Assembly (NCBI GenBank): GCA_015492515.1
Contig: WGEZ01000110.1
Span: 1-55,110 of the forward strand
DNA length: 55,110 bases
Direction: 5' to 3'
Source of the DNA: Nitrospirota bacterium
Lineage (GTDB): Bacteria; Nitrospirota; Thermodesulfovibrionia; Thermodesulfovibrionales; JdFR-85
Shown: positions 16,607 to 26,614 of the stretch, piece by piece
Numbering within the stretch: the stretch's first letter is position 1
How the letters are laid out: each line of letters begins with the position of its first letter
Position numbers and translations under genes: made by a program
Notes under the pieces: generated by a model
The model's input: the letters and a program-made list of their open reading frames with translations, nothing else
Databases searched by the model: none
What the model was told of the DNA's origin: nothing

Positions 16607-18295
16607 CTACACCGAGGGCCTCAGCGCCCTGAGATGGAGCTGGAGGGTCTTTCCGCCGTTCCACTCGTTGATCACAGGGGTGTAGACGGCGTCCACCTTC
16701 ACGGTGGGCTCGAACCATTCCATCATCCCACCCATGTCGAAGCCGATGGCATCGAGCACGCAGTGGCGGTGCTTCAGCCTCGTCTTGAGGTGGTTGTTGC
16801 CCACCACCCGCGGCCCCACCGCCTCGAGCCCCTTTGTCCCGAGCAGGGGCTCGGGATTGCCGTAGCCCAGGGGTTCAAGGAGTGAGATCTCCCTCACGAG
16901 GTGGAAGTTAACCTCCCTCAGCCCTACAGCGGCATCGATGGTGAGGGTGGGGACGAGGTCCTCCCCGGTGAGGCTCTCGGCTATCACCTGGTTCATCCTC
17001 TCTTCGAACTCCGGGAGGTCCTCCGCCCTGAGCCTCAGTCCCGCCGCCTGTCTGTGCCCTCCGAAGGACAGCAGCATCTCCCTGCACCTCGATATGCCCC
17101 TGTGGAGGTCGAAGGGCGGGATGGACCTTGCCGAGCCCCTTGCAACGCCCTCGCTTATGGTGAAGACGAAGGCGGGTCTGTAGAACGCCTCGGCGAGCCT
17201 TGAGGCGACGATCCCCACCACTCCCTCGTGCCACCGCTCCGAGGCGAGCAGTATGGAGAGGTCGTAGCCCTTCTCATCCAGCATGGCCATGGCCTCCTGG
17301 TGCATCTCGTCCTCGATGGCCTGCCGCTTCATGTTCAGCTCATGGAGCCTCCTCGCCATCTCGACGGCCTCGTCGAACTCCTCCGACAACAGCAGCCTGA
17401 CGACGTCCGTGGCGTTGTCGATCCTGCCCGAGGCGTTCAGCCTCGGTATGATCGTGAAGGAGAGGAGCCCTGCGCCCACCTTCCTCTCCCTCAGTCCCGA
17501 GACCTCCCTGAGCGCCCTTATGCCGGGTCTCAGCCCCTCGTTGATGAGCCTGAGGCCCTCCTTGACGATGATCCTGCTCTCCTCGATCAGGGGGACCACG
17601 TCGGCTATGGTCCCGAGGGCTGCAAGGTCGGCAAGGTCCATCGCCGCGTCCCGACCGAGCAGGGCCGTGGCAAGCTTGAAGGCCACGACGGAGCCGGAGA
17701 TCACCGGTGCCGCATCGCCGCCGAGCCTCGGGTTGACCACCGCGAGGGCCCTGGGCAGCAGGGGCCTTCCAGAGCCGTCCCTCGCGGGTTCATGGTGGTC
17801 CGTGATGACCACGCCGATGCCCGCGGAGGCAGCCGCTTCGGCAGCCTCCCGGGAGGTTATCCCGCAGTCCACGGTCACTATCAGGCCGGCCCCGGCCTCC
17901 CTGGCGTACTCCACACCCGCTGTATTGAACCCGTATCCATGGGCCATCCTGTCGGGGATGAAGTAGCAGGTCTCCGCACCGAGCCTCCTGAGCGCGGTCA
18001 TCATCACGGCGGTGCCCGTCAGCCCGTCGGCGTCGTAGTCGCCATGGACCATGACCCTCCTGCCGGCCTTTACGGCGTCACGGATCACCTCCACCGCCTC
18101 GGCCATCCCCGGAAGCTCAAAGGGGTCCGAGAGCCCCTCCACACCCGGGTCGAGGAAGGACCTGACGGCGCCGGGAGACTTTATGCCCCTGTTTATCAGC
18201 ACCTGGGCGAAGGCTGGAGAGACCGAGGCAGCCCTTGCGAGGTAGCTTATGTACTCAGGGTTCGTCCTCTGTACCAGCCATCTCCTCTCAGACAT
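16607..18295 (-). CDS. recJ: Single-stranded-DNA-specific exonuclease RecJ
   Basis: DHH motifs VMVHGDYDADGLTG, VTVDCG and VITDHH are present, plus a DHHA1 region. The start is set at the ATG at 18295, after GGGGGTGGA. Confidence 0.92.
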   Translation of the reverse strand: MSERRWLVQRTNPEYISYLARAASVSPAFAQVLINRGIKSPGAVRSFLDPGVEGLSDPFELPGMAEAVEVIRDAVKAGRRVMVHGDYDADGLTGTAVMMTALRRLGAETCYFIPDRMAHGYGFNTAGVEYAREAGAGLIVTVDCGITSREAAEAAASAGIGVVITDHHEPARDGSGRPLLPRALAVVNPRLGGDAAPVISGSVVAFKLATALLGRDAAMDLADLAALGTIADVVPLIEESRIIVKEGLRLINEGLRPGIRALREVSGLRERKVGAGLLSFTIIPRLNASGRIDNATDVVRLLLSEEFDEAVEMARRLHELNMKRQAIEDEMHQEAMAMLDEKGYDLSILLASERWHEGVVGIVASRLAEAFYRPAFVFTISEGVARGSARSIPPFDLHRGISRCREMLLSFGGHRQAAGLRLRAEDLPEFEERMNQVIAESLTGEDLVPTLTIDAAVGLREVNFHLVREISLLEPLGYGNPEPLLGTKGLEAVGPRVVGNNHLKTRLKHRHCVLDAIGFDMGGMMEWFEPTVKVDAVYTPVINEWNGGKTLQLHLRALRPSV

Positions 18296-18359
18296 TTCCA
18301 CCCCCAACAGGCTGAGCATCCGGCCCCCTGCCCGCGTCGGGGAGGCCGCTATCGGTCCA

Positions 18360-19277
18360 TCATCTCTTCTTCGAGGCCACGGGCCTCTTCTCCTTCCAGA
18401 GCAGGACGATCGGGCTGGCGACGAAGACCGAGGAGTATGTCCCGATCGTTATCCCCAGGATCATCGCCAGGGCGAAGTCATGGATCACCTCACCGCCGAA
18501 GAAGAAGAGCGCACCTGCGGCAAGCAGTGTGGTGATCGAGGTTATCAGTGTCCTCGACAGGACCTCGTTGATGCTCCTGTTGATCACCTTCTCGATGGGG
18601 TCCTTCGTTACGAACCTCAGGTTCTCCCTGATGCGGTCGAAGACCACCACCGAGTCGGTCAGCGAGTAACCGGCGATGGCCAGGAGCGCGCTTACGAGGA
18701 CCAGGTTTATCTCCCTGCCCATGATGTTGAAGAGCCCGAGCACGGCGAGCACGTCGTGGAAGGTCGCTGCCGTGGCGCCTATGCTGAACCTGAACTGGAA
18801 ACGCCAGGCGACGTATATCAGTATGCCCGCTGTGGCGGCCAGTATCGCCCACATCGCGTCCTTCCTCAGCTTGGCCCCCACCTTCGGACCGATCTCCGTG
18901 GTGGAGTCCACGGTGATCCCGTTGTCCCTGAAACCATCCTTCAGGGCCCTGATTATCTCCTCCGAGACCTTCCCCAGCTCCTCCTGCTCCTTCTTGACAC
19001 GGATCAGCACCTTGTTCACCGTGGGGAAGTCCTGGAGGTCGAAATCCTCCATCCCCCTCGCCTCGAGCACGGTCCTCACCTCCTGGAGGGTGACGGGCCT
19101 CTCGAACTTGACCTGTACGGCGGTGCCGCCCGCGAAATCTATGCCCAGGTTCGCGGTGCCTCTCGCCACCTGGTATATGGCCACGATCCCCAGCAGCACC
19201 AGCACGCCCGATATCATGAAGGCGAACCTCCTGAGGGCCATGAAGTCGATGTTTGTCTTCTTCACGATCTCGATCAT
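18360..19277 (-). CDS. secF: Protein translocase subunit SecF
   Basis: [10 protein letters not shown] and six predicted TM helices are present. The gene overlaps the secD stop by 4 nt. Confidence 0.92.
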   Translation of the reverse strand: MIEIVKKTNIDFMALRRFAFMISGVLVLLGIVAIYQVARGTANLGIDFAGGTAVQVKFERPVTLQEVRTVLEARGMEDFDLQDFPTVNKVLIRVKKEQEELGKVSEEIIRALKDGFRDNGITVDSTTEIGPKVGAKLRKDAMWAILAATAGILIYVAWRFQFRFSIGATAATFHDVLAVLGLFNIMGREINLVLVSALLAIAGYSLTDSVVVFDRIRENLRFVTKDPIEKVINRSINEVLSRTLITSITTLLAAGALFFFGGEVIHDFALAMILGITIGTYSSVFVASPIVLLWKEKRPVASKKR

Positions 19278-20896
19278 ATGCTCAGCTTCCTCACTTCCTT
19301 CCTCGAGTGTATGATGTCGAAGACCGTCTTCGTACCGATGAGGGCTGTGAAGAGGTTGATGGCCACACCGAGGCCGAGGGTGACGGCGAAGCCCTTGATC
19401 GGTCCGGTGCCGAACTGGTAGAGGACCGCGGCGGTGATCAGCGTGGTGACGTGGGAGTCCACTATGGTGAGGAGGGCCTTGTCATAGCCGGAGTCCACCG
19501 CTGCCCTCGGCGTCTTGCCCGCCCGTAGTTCCTCCCTCATCCTCTCGAACATCAGCACGTTCGAGTCCACGGCCATCCCGACGGCGAGGATTATCCCCGC
19601 TATGCCGGGCAGTGTGAGCGTGGCGTTCAGGAAGGCCATCGCGCCGAGCAGGAGTATGACGTTGAGCACCATGGCGAAGTCGGCGATGAGACCCGAGAGC
19701 CTGTAGTAGAGGACCATGAAGAGCACCACCAGCACCACGGCGATCACCCCTGCCTTCTTGCCGGCCTCGATGGAGTCCCTCCCCAGGGAAGGACCGACGG
19801 TGATGTTCTGAAGGAGCTTCACCGGTGCGGGCAGGGCACCTGCCCTCAGCACTATGGCGAGGTCCTTCGCCTCCTGCATCGAGAAGGCCCCCGTTATCTG
19901 TGCATTGCCGCCGGCTATCCTCTCCCGGATCACCGGGGCGGAGTAGACGTTGCCGTCGAGCACGATGGCCAGGCGCTTCTGGACGTATTTGCCCGTGATC
20001 TCCTCGAAGATCTTCGCCCCCGTGCTGTTGAAGGTGAGCGATACGTAGGGTTCGTTGAACCTCTGGTCTATGGCCACCCTCGCCTCGGAGAGGAGGTCGC
20101 CCGTGAGGAGCACCTCCTTCTTCAGCAGGAAGGGCCTCTTCGAGACCTCTCCCGTCTCCTTGTCCACGATCCGCTGGAAGAGGATCACGTCGTCCCCGGG
20201 TATCCTGTCCTTGAACCTCTCTATGAGGGCCTGCTCCTCACCGGCCCTTATCCTCCGCGGCAGTTCAGCGGCGATCGGAGAGTCGTCGTCAACGAGCATG
20301 AACTCGAGCTGGGCGGTCTTGCCTATCAGTTCCACCGCCCTCCTGGGGTCCTTGTACCCGGGCAGCTGGACCACTATCTCGTTCTCCGCCTGTCGGTGGA
20401 TCACCGGCTCCGCGACGCCGAACTGATCCACCCTGTTGCGGATCGTCTCCAGGGCCTGATCGGTGGCGTTGTCACGGATCCTCCGGGCCTCCTCCTCGGA
20501 GAGGCGGAAGCCGAGCCCCTCCCCCGAGGAGGGGAGCTCCACCAGGTTGGGATAGGCGTCGAGGACCGCCTCCCTCACCTCAGGCTCTCCGGGTGAGATC
20601 CGGATGGTCTCCCCCTCGGCCTTCACCTCTGCCTCGATCTTCCGTTTCTCCAGGATATCCTCCAGGCGCTGGGCGATCCTCTGGACCGTTATCTCCACAG
20701 CCCTCTCCCCCTGGACCTCGAAGACGAGGTGGATGCCGCCCCGCAGGTCGAGGCCGAGGGCTATCCCCCGGTTGGGCATATTCTCCTGCCACCACCGGGG
20801 CATGTGCTTGAACAGGGGGGTGTTGGGCAGAAAGAATATCACGGCCAGGATGACCGTACCGACAATGAGGGCCACCTTCCACCTGATCTTCCTCAT
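19274..20896 (-). CDS. secD: Protein translocase subunit SecD
   Basis: [12 protein letters not shown], a large periplasmic domain and the C-terminal TM block [18 protein letters not shown] are present. Confidence 0.92.
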   Translation of the reverse strand: MRKIRWKVALIVGTVILAVIFFLPNTPLFKHMPRWWQENMPNRGIALGLDLRGGIHLVFEVQGERAVEITVQRIAQRLEDILEKRKIEAEVKAEGETIRISPGEPEVREAVLDAYPNLVELPSSGEGLGFRLSEEEARRIRDNATDQALETIRNRVDQFGVAEPVIHRQAENEIVVQLPGYKDPRRAVELIGKTAQLEFMLVDDDSPIAAELPRRIRAGEEQALIERFKDRIPGDDVILFQRIVDKETGEVSKRPFLLKKEVLLTGDLLSEARVAIDQRFNEPYVSLTFNSTGAKIFEEITGKYVQKRLAIVLDGNVYSAPVIRERIAGGNAQITGAFSMQEAKDLAIVLRAGALPAPVKLLQNITVGPSLGRDSIEAGKKAGVIAVVLVVLFMVLYYRLSGLIADFAMVLNVILLLGAMAFLNATLTLPGIAGIILAVGMAVDSNVLMFERMREELRAGKTPRAAVDSGYDKALLTIVDSHVTTLITAAVLYQFGTGPIKGFAVTLGLGVAINLFTALIGTKTVFDIIHSRKEVRKLSI

Positions 20897-20912
20897 CCCT
20901 TGCTTCTCCTCC

Positions 20913-21611
20913 TCACGCCATCCTTGTATTGTTTATAAAGAGTTCGAACTCCGTACCGAGCACCTTCGCAGCCCTGCGGCAGGCCGTCATCCTGGAGAGG
21001 AAGATCTCGAAATACTCGATCACCTGGGATATCCTGGTGTCTATCACCAGGGAGAGCGTTATCAGCCTCCTGTCCGGCTCCACCGCCAGGTCCGACTCGG
21101 TCGCCGCATAGTTGACCCTGTCGTGTATGTCCTCCGTCAGCATCGAGGGGTTCCTCACCCTGCTCCGATGGACATCCGACTTGTCCGCTATCAGGAGCGC
21201 CGCTGCCACCTCGTCAGGGATCGCCCCCTCGTCCTCCTCGTGGACCACGATCGCCGTCATCACCCTTACGATATCAGCGGCAGAGAAGCCCACCTCCTCG
21301 AGCACCTCCTTCGCGAGGAGGGCTCCCATCTTGTGGTGCATGGACCTGCCGAGCATGTTCCCGATGTCGTGGAGGAAACCGGCGGATGCCGCGAGCATGG
21401 CGGTCTTCTCCGGATAGGAGAGTCTCTTCAGGATCCTGCTGGCGTTCTTCGAGACGATGCTGCAGTGTCTCAGCCCGTGCTCCGTGTAGCCGATGCTCTC
21501 GAGGTATCTGTCCGCCGCATCTATGTAGAGACGTGCCCTGGGGTTGTTTACGAGATTCTCTATATCCGGTTCGGGATCAGTCTTCTTCCGAAGTAGCTCT
21601 GAGCGCTGCAA
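20913..21611 (-). CDS. HD-domain phosphohydrolase
   Basis: EHGLRHC...AGFLHDIGN is present. The only in-frame start is the TTG at 21611, which overlaps the yajC 3' end by 35 nt, so the start is uncertain. Confidence 0.7.
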   Translation of the reverse strand: MQRSELLRKKTDPEPDIENLVNNPRARLYIDAADRYLESIGYTEHGLRHCSIVSKNASRILKRLSYPEKTAMLAASAGFLHDIGNMLGRSMHHKMGALLAKEVLEEVGFSAADIVRVMTAIVVHEEDEGAIPDEVAAALLIADKSDVHRSRVRNPSMLTEDIHDRVNYAATESDLAVEPDRRLITLSLVIDTRISQVIEYFEIFLSRMTACRRAAKVLGTEFELFINNTRMA

Positions 21612-21912
21612 TGTAGCCCTTTCCGATCTTGATCTTTACGTTCTCGGCGATCTTGAGTGTGAGGGTCTTCTCTCCCACGGAGTCCACCACCCCGTAGATG
21701 CCGCCTGAGGTTATCACCTTGTCACCCTTTTTCAGAGAGGCCAGCATCTCCTTGTGCTGTTTGGCCTTCTTCTGCTGCGGCCTTATGAGAAGGAAATAAA
21801 AGATGGCAAATATAATAATCAGGGGCAGGAAACTCTGAAGCAGTGCCAACGGGCCGCCCTGCGCTCCACCCTCCGGTGCCGGTCCCATCGCCCAGGCTAT
21901 TGACTCAAACAT
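21577..21912 (-). CDS. yajC: Preprotein translocase subunit YajC
   Basis: One TM helix is followed by LLIRPQQKKAKQHKEMLASLKKGDKVITSGGIYG. SD GGAGGTG lies upstream. Confidence 0.9.
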   Translation of the reverse strand: MFESIAWAMGPAPEGGAQGGPLALLQSFLPLIIIFAIFYFLLIRPQQKKAKQHKEMLASLKKGDKVITSGGIYGVVDSVGEKTLTLKIAENVKIKIGKGYIAALRATSEED

Positions 21913-21987
21913 GCTTCACCTCCAGATCGATTGTTTTGGTTGTGGCTGAAATCGGTTGCATCCGTACGTCAAGAATTTTGGTCTAAT

Positions 21988-22016
21988 ATATTACCTGTTT
22001 CCACTCATTTTATCAA
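21988..22016 (-). promoter_or_regulatory. sigma70-type promoter of the yajC operon: TTGATA-17-TAATAT
   Basis: On the minus strand the -35 lies at 22011-22016 and the -10 at 21988-21993. It sits about 70 nt upstream of the yajC ATG. Confidence 0.5.
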
Positions 22017-22082
22017 GGCCGCCGGAGGCCGGGGAGAAACAGGGGTCGTGATCATGCAGAAACACGGGAGGGGGCTGTTTCC

Positions 22083-22112
22083 TTGACTTTTCCCCCTGGC
22101 TGGGGTTATGTT
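22083..22112 (+). promoter_or_regulatory. Candidate ileS promoter: TTGACT-18-TATGTT
   Basis: -35 lies at 22083-22088 and -10 at 22107-22112. The ATG at 22121 is 8 nt downstream, with no SD. Confidence 0.4.
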
Positions 22113-22120
22113 TATTAACT

Positions 22121-24907
22121 ATGCCCGGGGATTACAAGGATACACTGAACCTTCCACAGACCGCCTTCCCGATGAAGGCGAACCTCACCCAGAGGGAGCC
22201 GGAGATCCTCAGGTTCTGGCAGGAGAGGGGTATCTACGGGAAGCTCCAGGAGAAGAACCGTTCGGGCCGACCCTTCATACTCCACGACGGCCCCCCCTAT
22301 GCGAACGGCTACATCCATATGGGTCACGCCCTGAACAAGGTGCTCAAGGACATCATCGTGAAGTACAAGAGCATGAGGGGGTATTACTCGCCCTTCGTGC
22401 CCGGCTGGGACTGCCACGGGCTGCCGATCGAGCTCGAGGTGGACAAAAAGCTCGGCAAGAGGAAGCACTCCACCCCGATCCTCGAGAAGAGGGGGTTGTG
22501 CAGGGGGTATGCGGAGAGGTTCGTGGATATCCAGAGGGAGGAGTTCAAGAGGCTCGGCGTCTTCGGTGACTGGGAGAGGCCCTACCTCACCATGTCCTAC
22601 GAGTACGAGGCGTCGATCGCCGGGGAGTTCGCCAGGCTCGTGAAGGACGGCTACGTCTACAGGGGGAAGAAGCCCGTCCACTGGTGCCCCTCCTGCGTGA
22701 CCGCCCTGGCGGAGGCCGAGGTTGAGTACGCCGAGAAGACCTCGCCATCCATCTATGTCAGGTTCAGGGTCCTCGATGCCGATGCAGAGAGGGTCCTGCC
22801 GGCCGACCTCAGGGGGAAGGGGCTGTACTTCATCATCTGGACCACCACGCCCTGGACCCTCCCTGCAAACCTCGCCCTCGCCGTCCATCCGGAGACGGAC
22901 TATCTGGTGCTTGAGTCAGGAGACGGCTGCTACATCATTGCATCCGACCTCGCCGGGAGACTGGGCGACGAGATCGGCCTTGAGGGCAGGAGGGTGAAGA
23001 CCGTGAAGGGGAAGGCCCTGGAGGGGCTGAGGGCGAGACACCCCTTCCTGGAGAGGGACTCCCTCGTGATAACAGGCGAGTTCGTCACCACCTCCGAGGG
23101 CACCGGGGTGGTCCATATAGCACCGGGGCACGGAGAGGACGACTACCTCGCAGGGCTCCGTTACGGCCTCGAGATCCTCGCACCGGTGGATGAGCGCGGC
23201 AGGTTCACGGCCGACGTCGCGGACCTTGAAGGAAGGGCCGTCTTCGATGCAAACGGCCTGATCATGGAGATGCTGAGTGAGCGGGGTGCGCTGATGGGTT
23301 CAGGGGCCGTCACCCACTCCTACCCGCACTGCTGGAGGTGCAAGAAGCCCGTGATCTTCAGGGCCACTGAACAGTGGTTCATATCAGTGGAGCACAGGGA
23401 CCTGAGGAGGACCTGTCTGAGCGAGATAGACCGCGTGGAGTGGATACCGAGGTGGGGGAGGGAGAGGATCAGGGGCATGATGGAGCGGAGGCCGGACTGG
23501 TGCATCTCCAGGCAGAGGGCCTGGGGTGTCCCGATCACGCTGCTCACATGCCGGGGCTGCGGGGCACTGGTAAGCGACGAGGCTGTACTGGACAGGGTGG
23601 TCGAGCTCTTCAGACAGAAGGGGGCCGATGCCTGGTTCGAGGTGGAGGAGGGTGACCTCGTCCCCGCCGGATACAGGTGTCCCTCCTGCGGTGGTACGGA
23701 GTTCAGGAAGGAGACGGACATCCTCGACGTCTGGTTCGATTCGGGAGTGAGCCACGCCGCGGTGCTGGAGGCCGATGAGCGGCTGAGATGGCCCGCCGAT
23801 ATGTACCTGGAGGGGAGCGACCAGCACAGGGGATGGTTCCAGAGCTCCCTCATCACCTCCGTCGGCACCAGGGGGCGGGCGCCCTACGAGACCGTCCTCA
23901 CTCACGGGTTCGTCGTCGACGGTCAGGGGAAGAAGATGTCGAAATCGGTGGGTAACGTGATCGCACCGAACGACATCATCAGGAGAAACGGTGCAGAGAT
24001 ACTGAGGCTCTGGGTCTCCGCCGAGGACTACCGCGACGACGTCCGCCTCTCGGACGAGATCGTCACGCGCCTCGTGGAGGCCTACCGAAAGATAAGGAAC
24101 ACCTGCAGGTTCCTCCTTGGTAACCTCTACGACTTCGACCATGGGGACCATTCCAGGGCCCTGCTCGAGATAGACCGGTGGGCACTCAGCAGGCTCCAGG
24201 GGCTGATCAGCCGCGTCACCACGGCCTACGAGAGGTTCAACTTCCACGAGGTCTTCCACAGCATATACCACTTCTGCGTCGTCGAGATGAGCTCCTTCTA
24301 CCTCGACATCCTGAAGGACAGGCTCTACACCTTCGCCGCCGACTCCCCTGAAAGGAGGGCGGCCCAGTGGACCATGCACAGGATACTCACCTCGATGACC
24401 AGGCTCATGGCGCCGGTGATCTCCTTCACCGCGGAGGAGATCTGGCAGTCCATGCCTGGGGAGAGGACGGAGAGCGTCTTCCTGAGCGACTTTCCAGCGG
24501 TCGACGAAGGGCTCATAGACCGTGACCTCGAGAGGAGGTGGGAAGGGCTGATCGAGACGAGGGACGTCGTCAACAAGGCCATCGAACTCAAGAGGGCAGA
24601 GAAGATCATCGGCAACTCCCTCGAGGCAAAGGTGGTCCTCTTTGCAGAGGAGGAGAGGCTCTCGCTGCTCAGGGAGTACGAGGGGTTCCTGCCCACGCTC
24701 TTGATCGTCTCCCAGGCCGGCGTCAAGACCTACGGAGAGGCCCCGGGGGACGCCTTCAGGGACGAAGAGGCCGGGGGCCTCGCCGTGGTAGTGGGACGTG
24801 CAGAGGGCCGGAAGTGCCTCCGTTGCTGGAACTGGTCCCCCACGGTCGGCACCTTCGACGACGCGCCCGAGGTCTGCCAGAGGTGCTACAGGGTGCTGAA
24901 GGGTTGA
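22121..24907 (+). CDS. ileS: Isoleucine--tRNA ligase
   Basis: The N-terminus DYKDTLNLPQTAFPMKANL, HIGH-type HMGH, KMSKS and the C-terminal zinc cluster CLRCW...CQRC are present. Confidence 0.97.
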   Translation: MPGDYKDTLNLPQTAFPMKANLTQREPEILRFWQERGIYGKLQEKNRSGRPFILHDGPPYANGYIHMGHALNKVLKDIIVKYKSMRGYYSPFVPGWDCHGLPIELEVDKKLGKRKHSTPILEKRGLCRGYAERFVDIQREEFKRLGVFGDWERPYLTMSYEYEASIAGEFARLVKDGYVYRGKKPVHWCPSCVTALAEAEVEYAEKTSPSIYVRFRVLDADAERVLPADLRGKGLYFIIWTTTPWTLPANLALAVHPETDYLVLESGDGCYIIASDLAGRLGDEIGLEGRRVKTVKGKALEGLRARHPFLERDSLVITGEFVTTSEGTGVVHIAPGHGEDDYLAGLRYGLEILAPVDERGRFTADVADLEGRAVFDANGLIMEMLSERGALMGSGAVTHSYPHCWRCKKPVIFRATEQWFISVEHRDLRRTCLSEIDRVEWIPRWGRERIRGMMERRPDWCISRQRAWGVPITLLTCRGCGALVSDEAVLDRVVELFRQKGADAWFEVEEGDLVPAGYRCPSCGGTEFRKETDILDVWFDSGVSHAAVLEADERLRWPADMYLEGSDQHRGWFQSSLITSVGTRGRAPYETVLTHGFVVDGQGKKMSKSVGNVIAPNDIIRRNGAEILRLWVSAEDYRDDVRLSDEIVTRLVEAYRKIRNTCRFLLGNLYDFDHGDHSRALLEIDRWALSRLQGLISRVTTAYERFNFHEVFHSIYHFCVVEMSSFYLDILKDRLYTFAADSPERRAAQWTMHRILTSMTRLMAPVISFTAEEIWQSMPGERTESVFLSDFPAVDEGLIDRDLERRWEGLIETRDVVNKAIELKRAEKIIGNSLEAKVVLFAEEERLSLLREYEGFLPTLLIVSQAGVKTYGEAPGDAFRDEEAGGLAVVVGRAEGRKCLRCWNWSPTVGTFDDAPEVCQRCYRVLKG

Positions 24908-24938
24908 CCCTGCGGCATCGGGAGAGCTGCTGAAACCG

Positions 24939-25388
24939 ATGAAGAAGCCGACGGCCTATCTGACACTCTCCATCCTCGTACTGGTCCTGGACCAGGCCGC
25001 GAAGCTGATCGTCGTGAGGACGATCCAGCCCTTCGAGGAGATAAGGGTGCTGCCCTTCCTCCAGCTCGTGAACGTGAAGAACACCGGTGCCGCCTTCGGC
25101 CTCTTCCAGGGCCTCGGCAACCCCTTCTTCATCGCGGTCTCCCTGATCGCCGTGGCCGTGGTCACCGTGATGCTGATCAGGGGGAAGGAGGACGGCCTCT
25201 CCCTGTCGTTCATCCTCGGAGGGGCGCTGGGAAACCTCCTGGACAGGCTGAGGCTCGGCTATGTGGTCGACTTCATCGACCTCCACGCCGGCAGATACCA
25301 CTGGCCCGCCTTCAACGTGGCCGACTCGGCCCTCTCGGTGGGGATACTCCTGCTGCTTCTCAGCACCCTCCTGAAGGGCAGGACCTGA
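24939..25388 (+). CDS. lspA: Lipoprotein signal peptidase II
   Basis: NTGAAFG, VVDFID and FNVADS are present, with four predicted TM helices. Confidence 0.92.
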   Translation: MKKPTAYLTLSILVLVLDQAAKLIVVRTIQPFEEIRVLPFLQLVNVKNTGAAFGLFQGLGNPFFIAVSLIAVAVVTVMLIRGKEDGLSLSFILGGALGNLLDRLRLGYVVDFIDLHAGRYHWPAFNVADSALSVGILLLLLSTLLKGRT

Positions 25389-25622
25389 GGGGCTGACCCG
25401 ATCACCACGGAAATCCCCAACAGGGGATCACCCCTCCCGGTTTGGGGAGACCGTGGCGGCCTCATGGACCAGGGGAGAGAAGGAGAGGGACAGAGCACCC
25501 CCCTCCTGCACGCCTTCGCCGTCCACCGTCTTTTGTCCTGACACCTGGCATGGTTCTTGTAGGATCCTTCGCAGAGACCCGTGGGGTCCGATCATCACGG
25601 CAGTGCAGGAAAGGAGGACGGG

Positions 25623-25979
25623 ATGAAGAGGATACTGGTGATCTCCGTAATGGTCGTCCTGCTCGTTCCAGCGGTCTCCTCCGCAGGGAGCAGGTTCGGG
25701 GAGGCCTTTGAGTCCGGTGCAGGATGGGAACTGGGCAGACTCGCTGCCGACATCGGGGTGGCTCTGGTGGGCGGCGCCCTGGGAGGCACTTATTACACCG
25801 GTTACCACCAGCCGATCTATTACTACGAACGGCCGGTCCGCTACTACAGGGTGCGCTACTGGTACGGCAGGAGGTCCTACCGCCGTGGTTACCGTCACGG
25901 CTTCCGCGACGGCTACTTAAAGGGCTATGACGACGGATACTTCGACGGCAGCTACGGCTACCCTTACAGGGGCTGGTAG
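25623..25979 (+). CDS. Small secreted protein with a glycine-zipper segment and a Tyr/Arg/Gly-rich repetitive tail
   Basis: Signal peptide MKRILVISVMVVLLVPAVSSA, then ADIGVALVGGALGG. The last 62 residues contain 18 Tyr (RRGYRHGFRDGYLKGYDDGYFDGSYGYPYRGW). SD AGGAAAGGAGG lies upstream. Confidence 0.6.
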   Translation: MKRILVISVMVVLLVPAVSSAGSRFGEAFESGAGWELGRLAADIGVALVGGALGGTYYTGYHQPIYYYERPVRYYRVRYWYGRRSYRRGYRHGFRDGYLKGYDDGYFDGSYGYPYRGW

Positions 25980-25992
25980 AGGCCGCTGAAGG

Positions 25993-26017
25993 GGCAGGTT
26001 GAGCTCCTCAACCTGCC
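25993..26017. terminator. Perfect 10-bp hairpin between convergent genes (possible bidirectional terminator)
   Basis: GGCAGGTTGA-gctcc-TCAACCTGCC. The right arm overlaps the last codons of the nitroreductase gene. There is no clear U-tract. Confidence 0.45.
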
Positions 26018-26583
26018 AACACTATATCGTCGAGCCTCCTCTTCGGGACGTGGTGGACACCCTCGGCGTCCCTCCAGTACCTGATGCTCTCACCCTCTGA
26101 GACCTCCTCGATCACCACCTTCTCCTTCGGCCTCCCCAGTGCGATGACCAGGAGTATCTCGTACCTCTCGGGGATATCGAGCAGCTCCCTGAGCCTCCTC
26201 CTGTTCACCGTACCGATGATACAGCCGCCGAGGCCCTTCTCCACCGCACCAAGGAGGATGCTCTGGGCTGCGATACCGTGGTCGCACCCGAAGTTCCTGC
26301 TCACGCTGGTGTCACCGAGGATGACGATGTAGGCGGAGGGTCTCTCACCCTCCGGGGGGCCGGGCCAGTCCTTCAGATAACCGGCCCAGCCAAGGCATGA
26401 GAAGATCCTGCCGTTGGTCTCGGGGGAGTTCGAGAGGATGTAGCGGAGGGGCTGGAGGTTGCCTGCCGACGCCGAGAGCCTCGCCAGGTTGACGAGCCCC
26501 CTCAGGGTCTCCCCGTCGATGGGGACGTCCTCGTGGAAACGCCTGTAGCTCCGGTTCTTCCTGATCAGTTCCTCTATCATCAC
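26008..26583 (-). CDS. Nitroreductase family protein
   Basis: RSYRRF, ASAGNLQPLRY and DHGIAAQSILLGA are typical of the nitroreductase fold. Confidence 0.85.
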   Translation of the reverse strand: MMIEELIRKNRSYRRFHEDVPIDGETLRGLVNLARLSASAGNLQPLRYILSNSPETNGRIFSCLGWAGYLKDWPGPPEGERPSAYIVILGDTSVSRNFGCDHGIAAQSILLGAVEKGLGGCIIGTVNRRRLRELLDIPERYEILLVIALGRPKEKVVIEEVSEGESIRYWRDAEGVHHVPKRRLDDIVLAG

Positions 26584-26614
26584 CCAAAGGTCCCTTGCCG
26601 ATAATTCTACAACA

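Noticed and set aside
21913-22120. Possible T-box or riboswitch leader upstream of ileS
   Set aside because: The best promoter places the transcription start at or next to the ATG. I saw no specifier or antiterminator-like structure. The AT-rich part is better explained by the divergent yajC promoter.
25546-25561. sigma54-like promoter TGGCAT-GGTTC-TTGTA upstream of the Tyr-rich secreted protein gene
   Set aside because: The -12 element reads GT instead of the nearly invariant GC. With only one candidate in the window this is not enough support, so I kept it only as a note.
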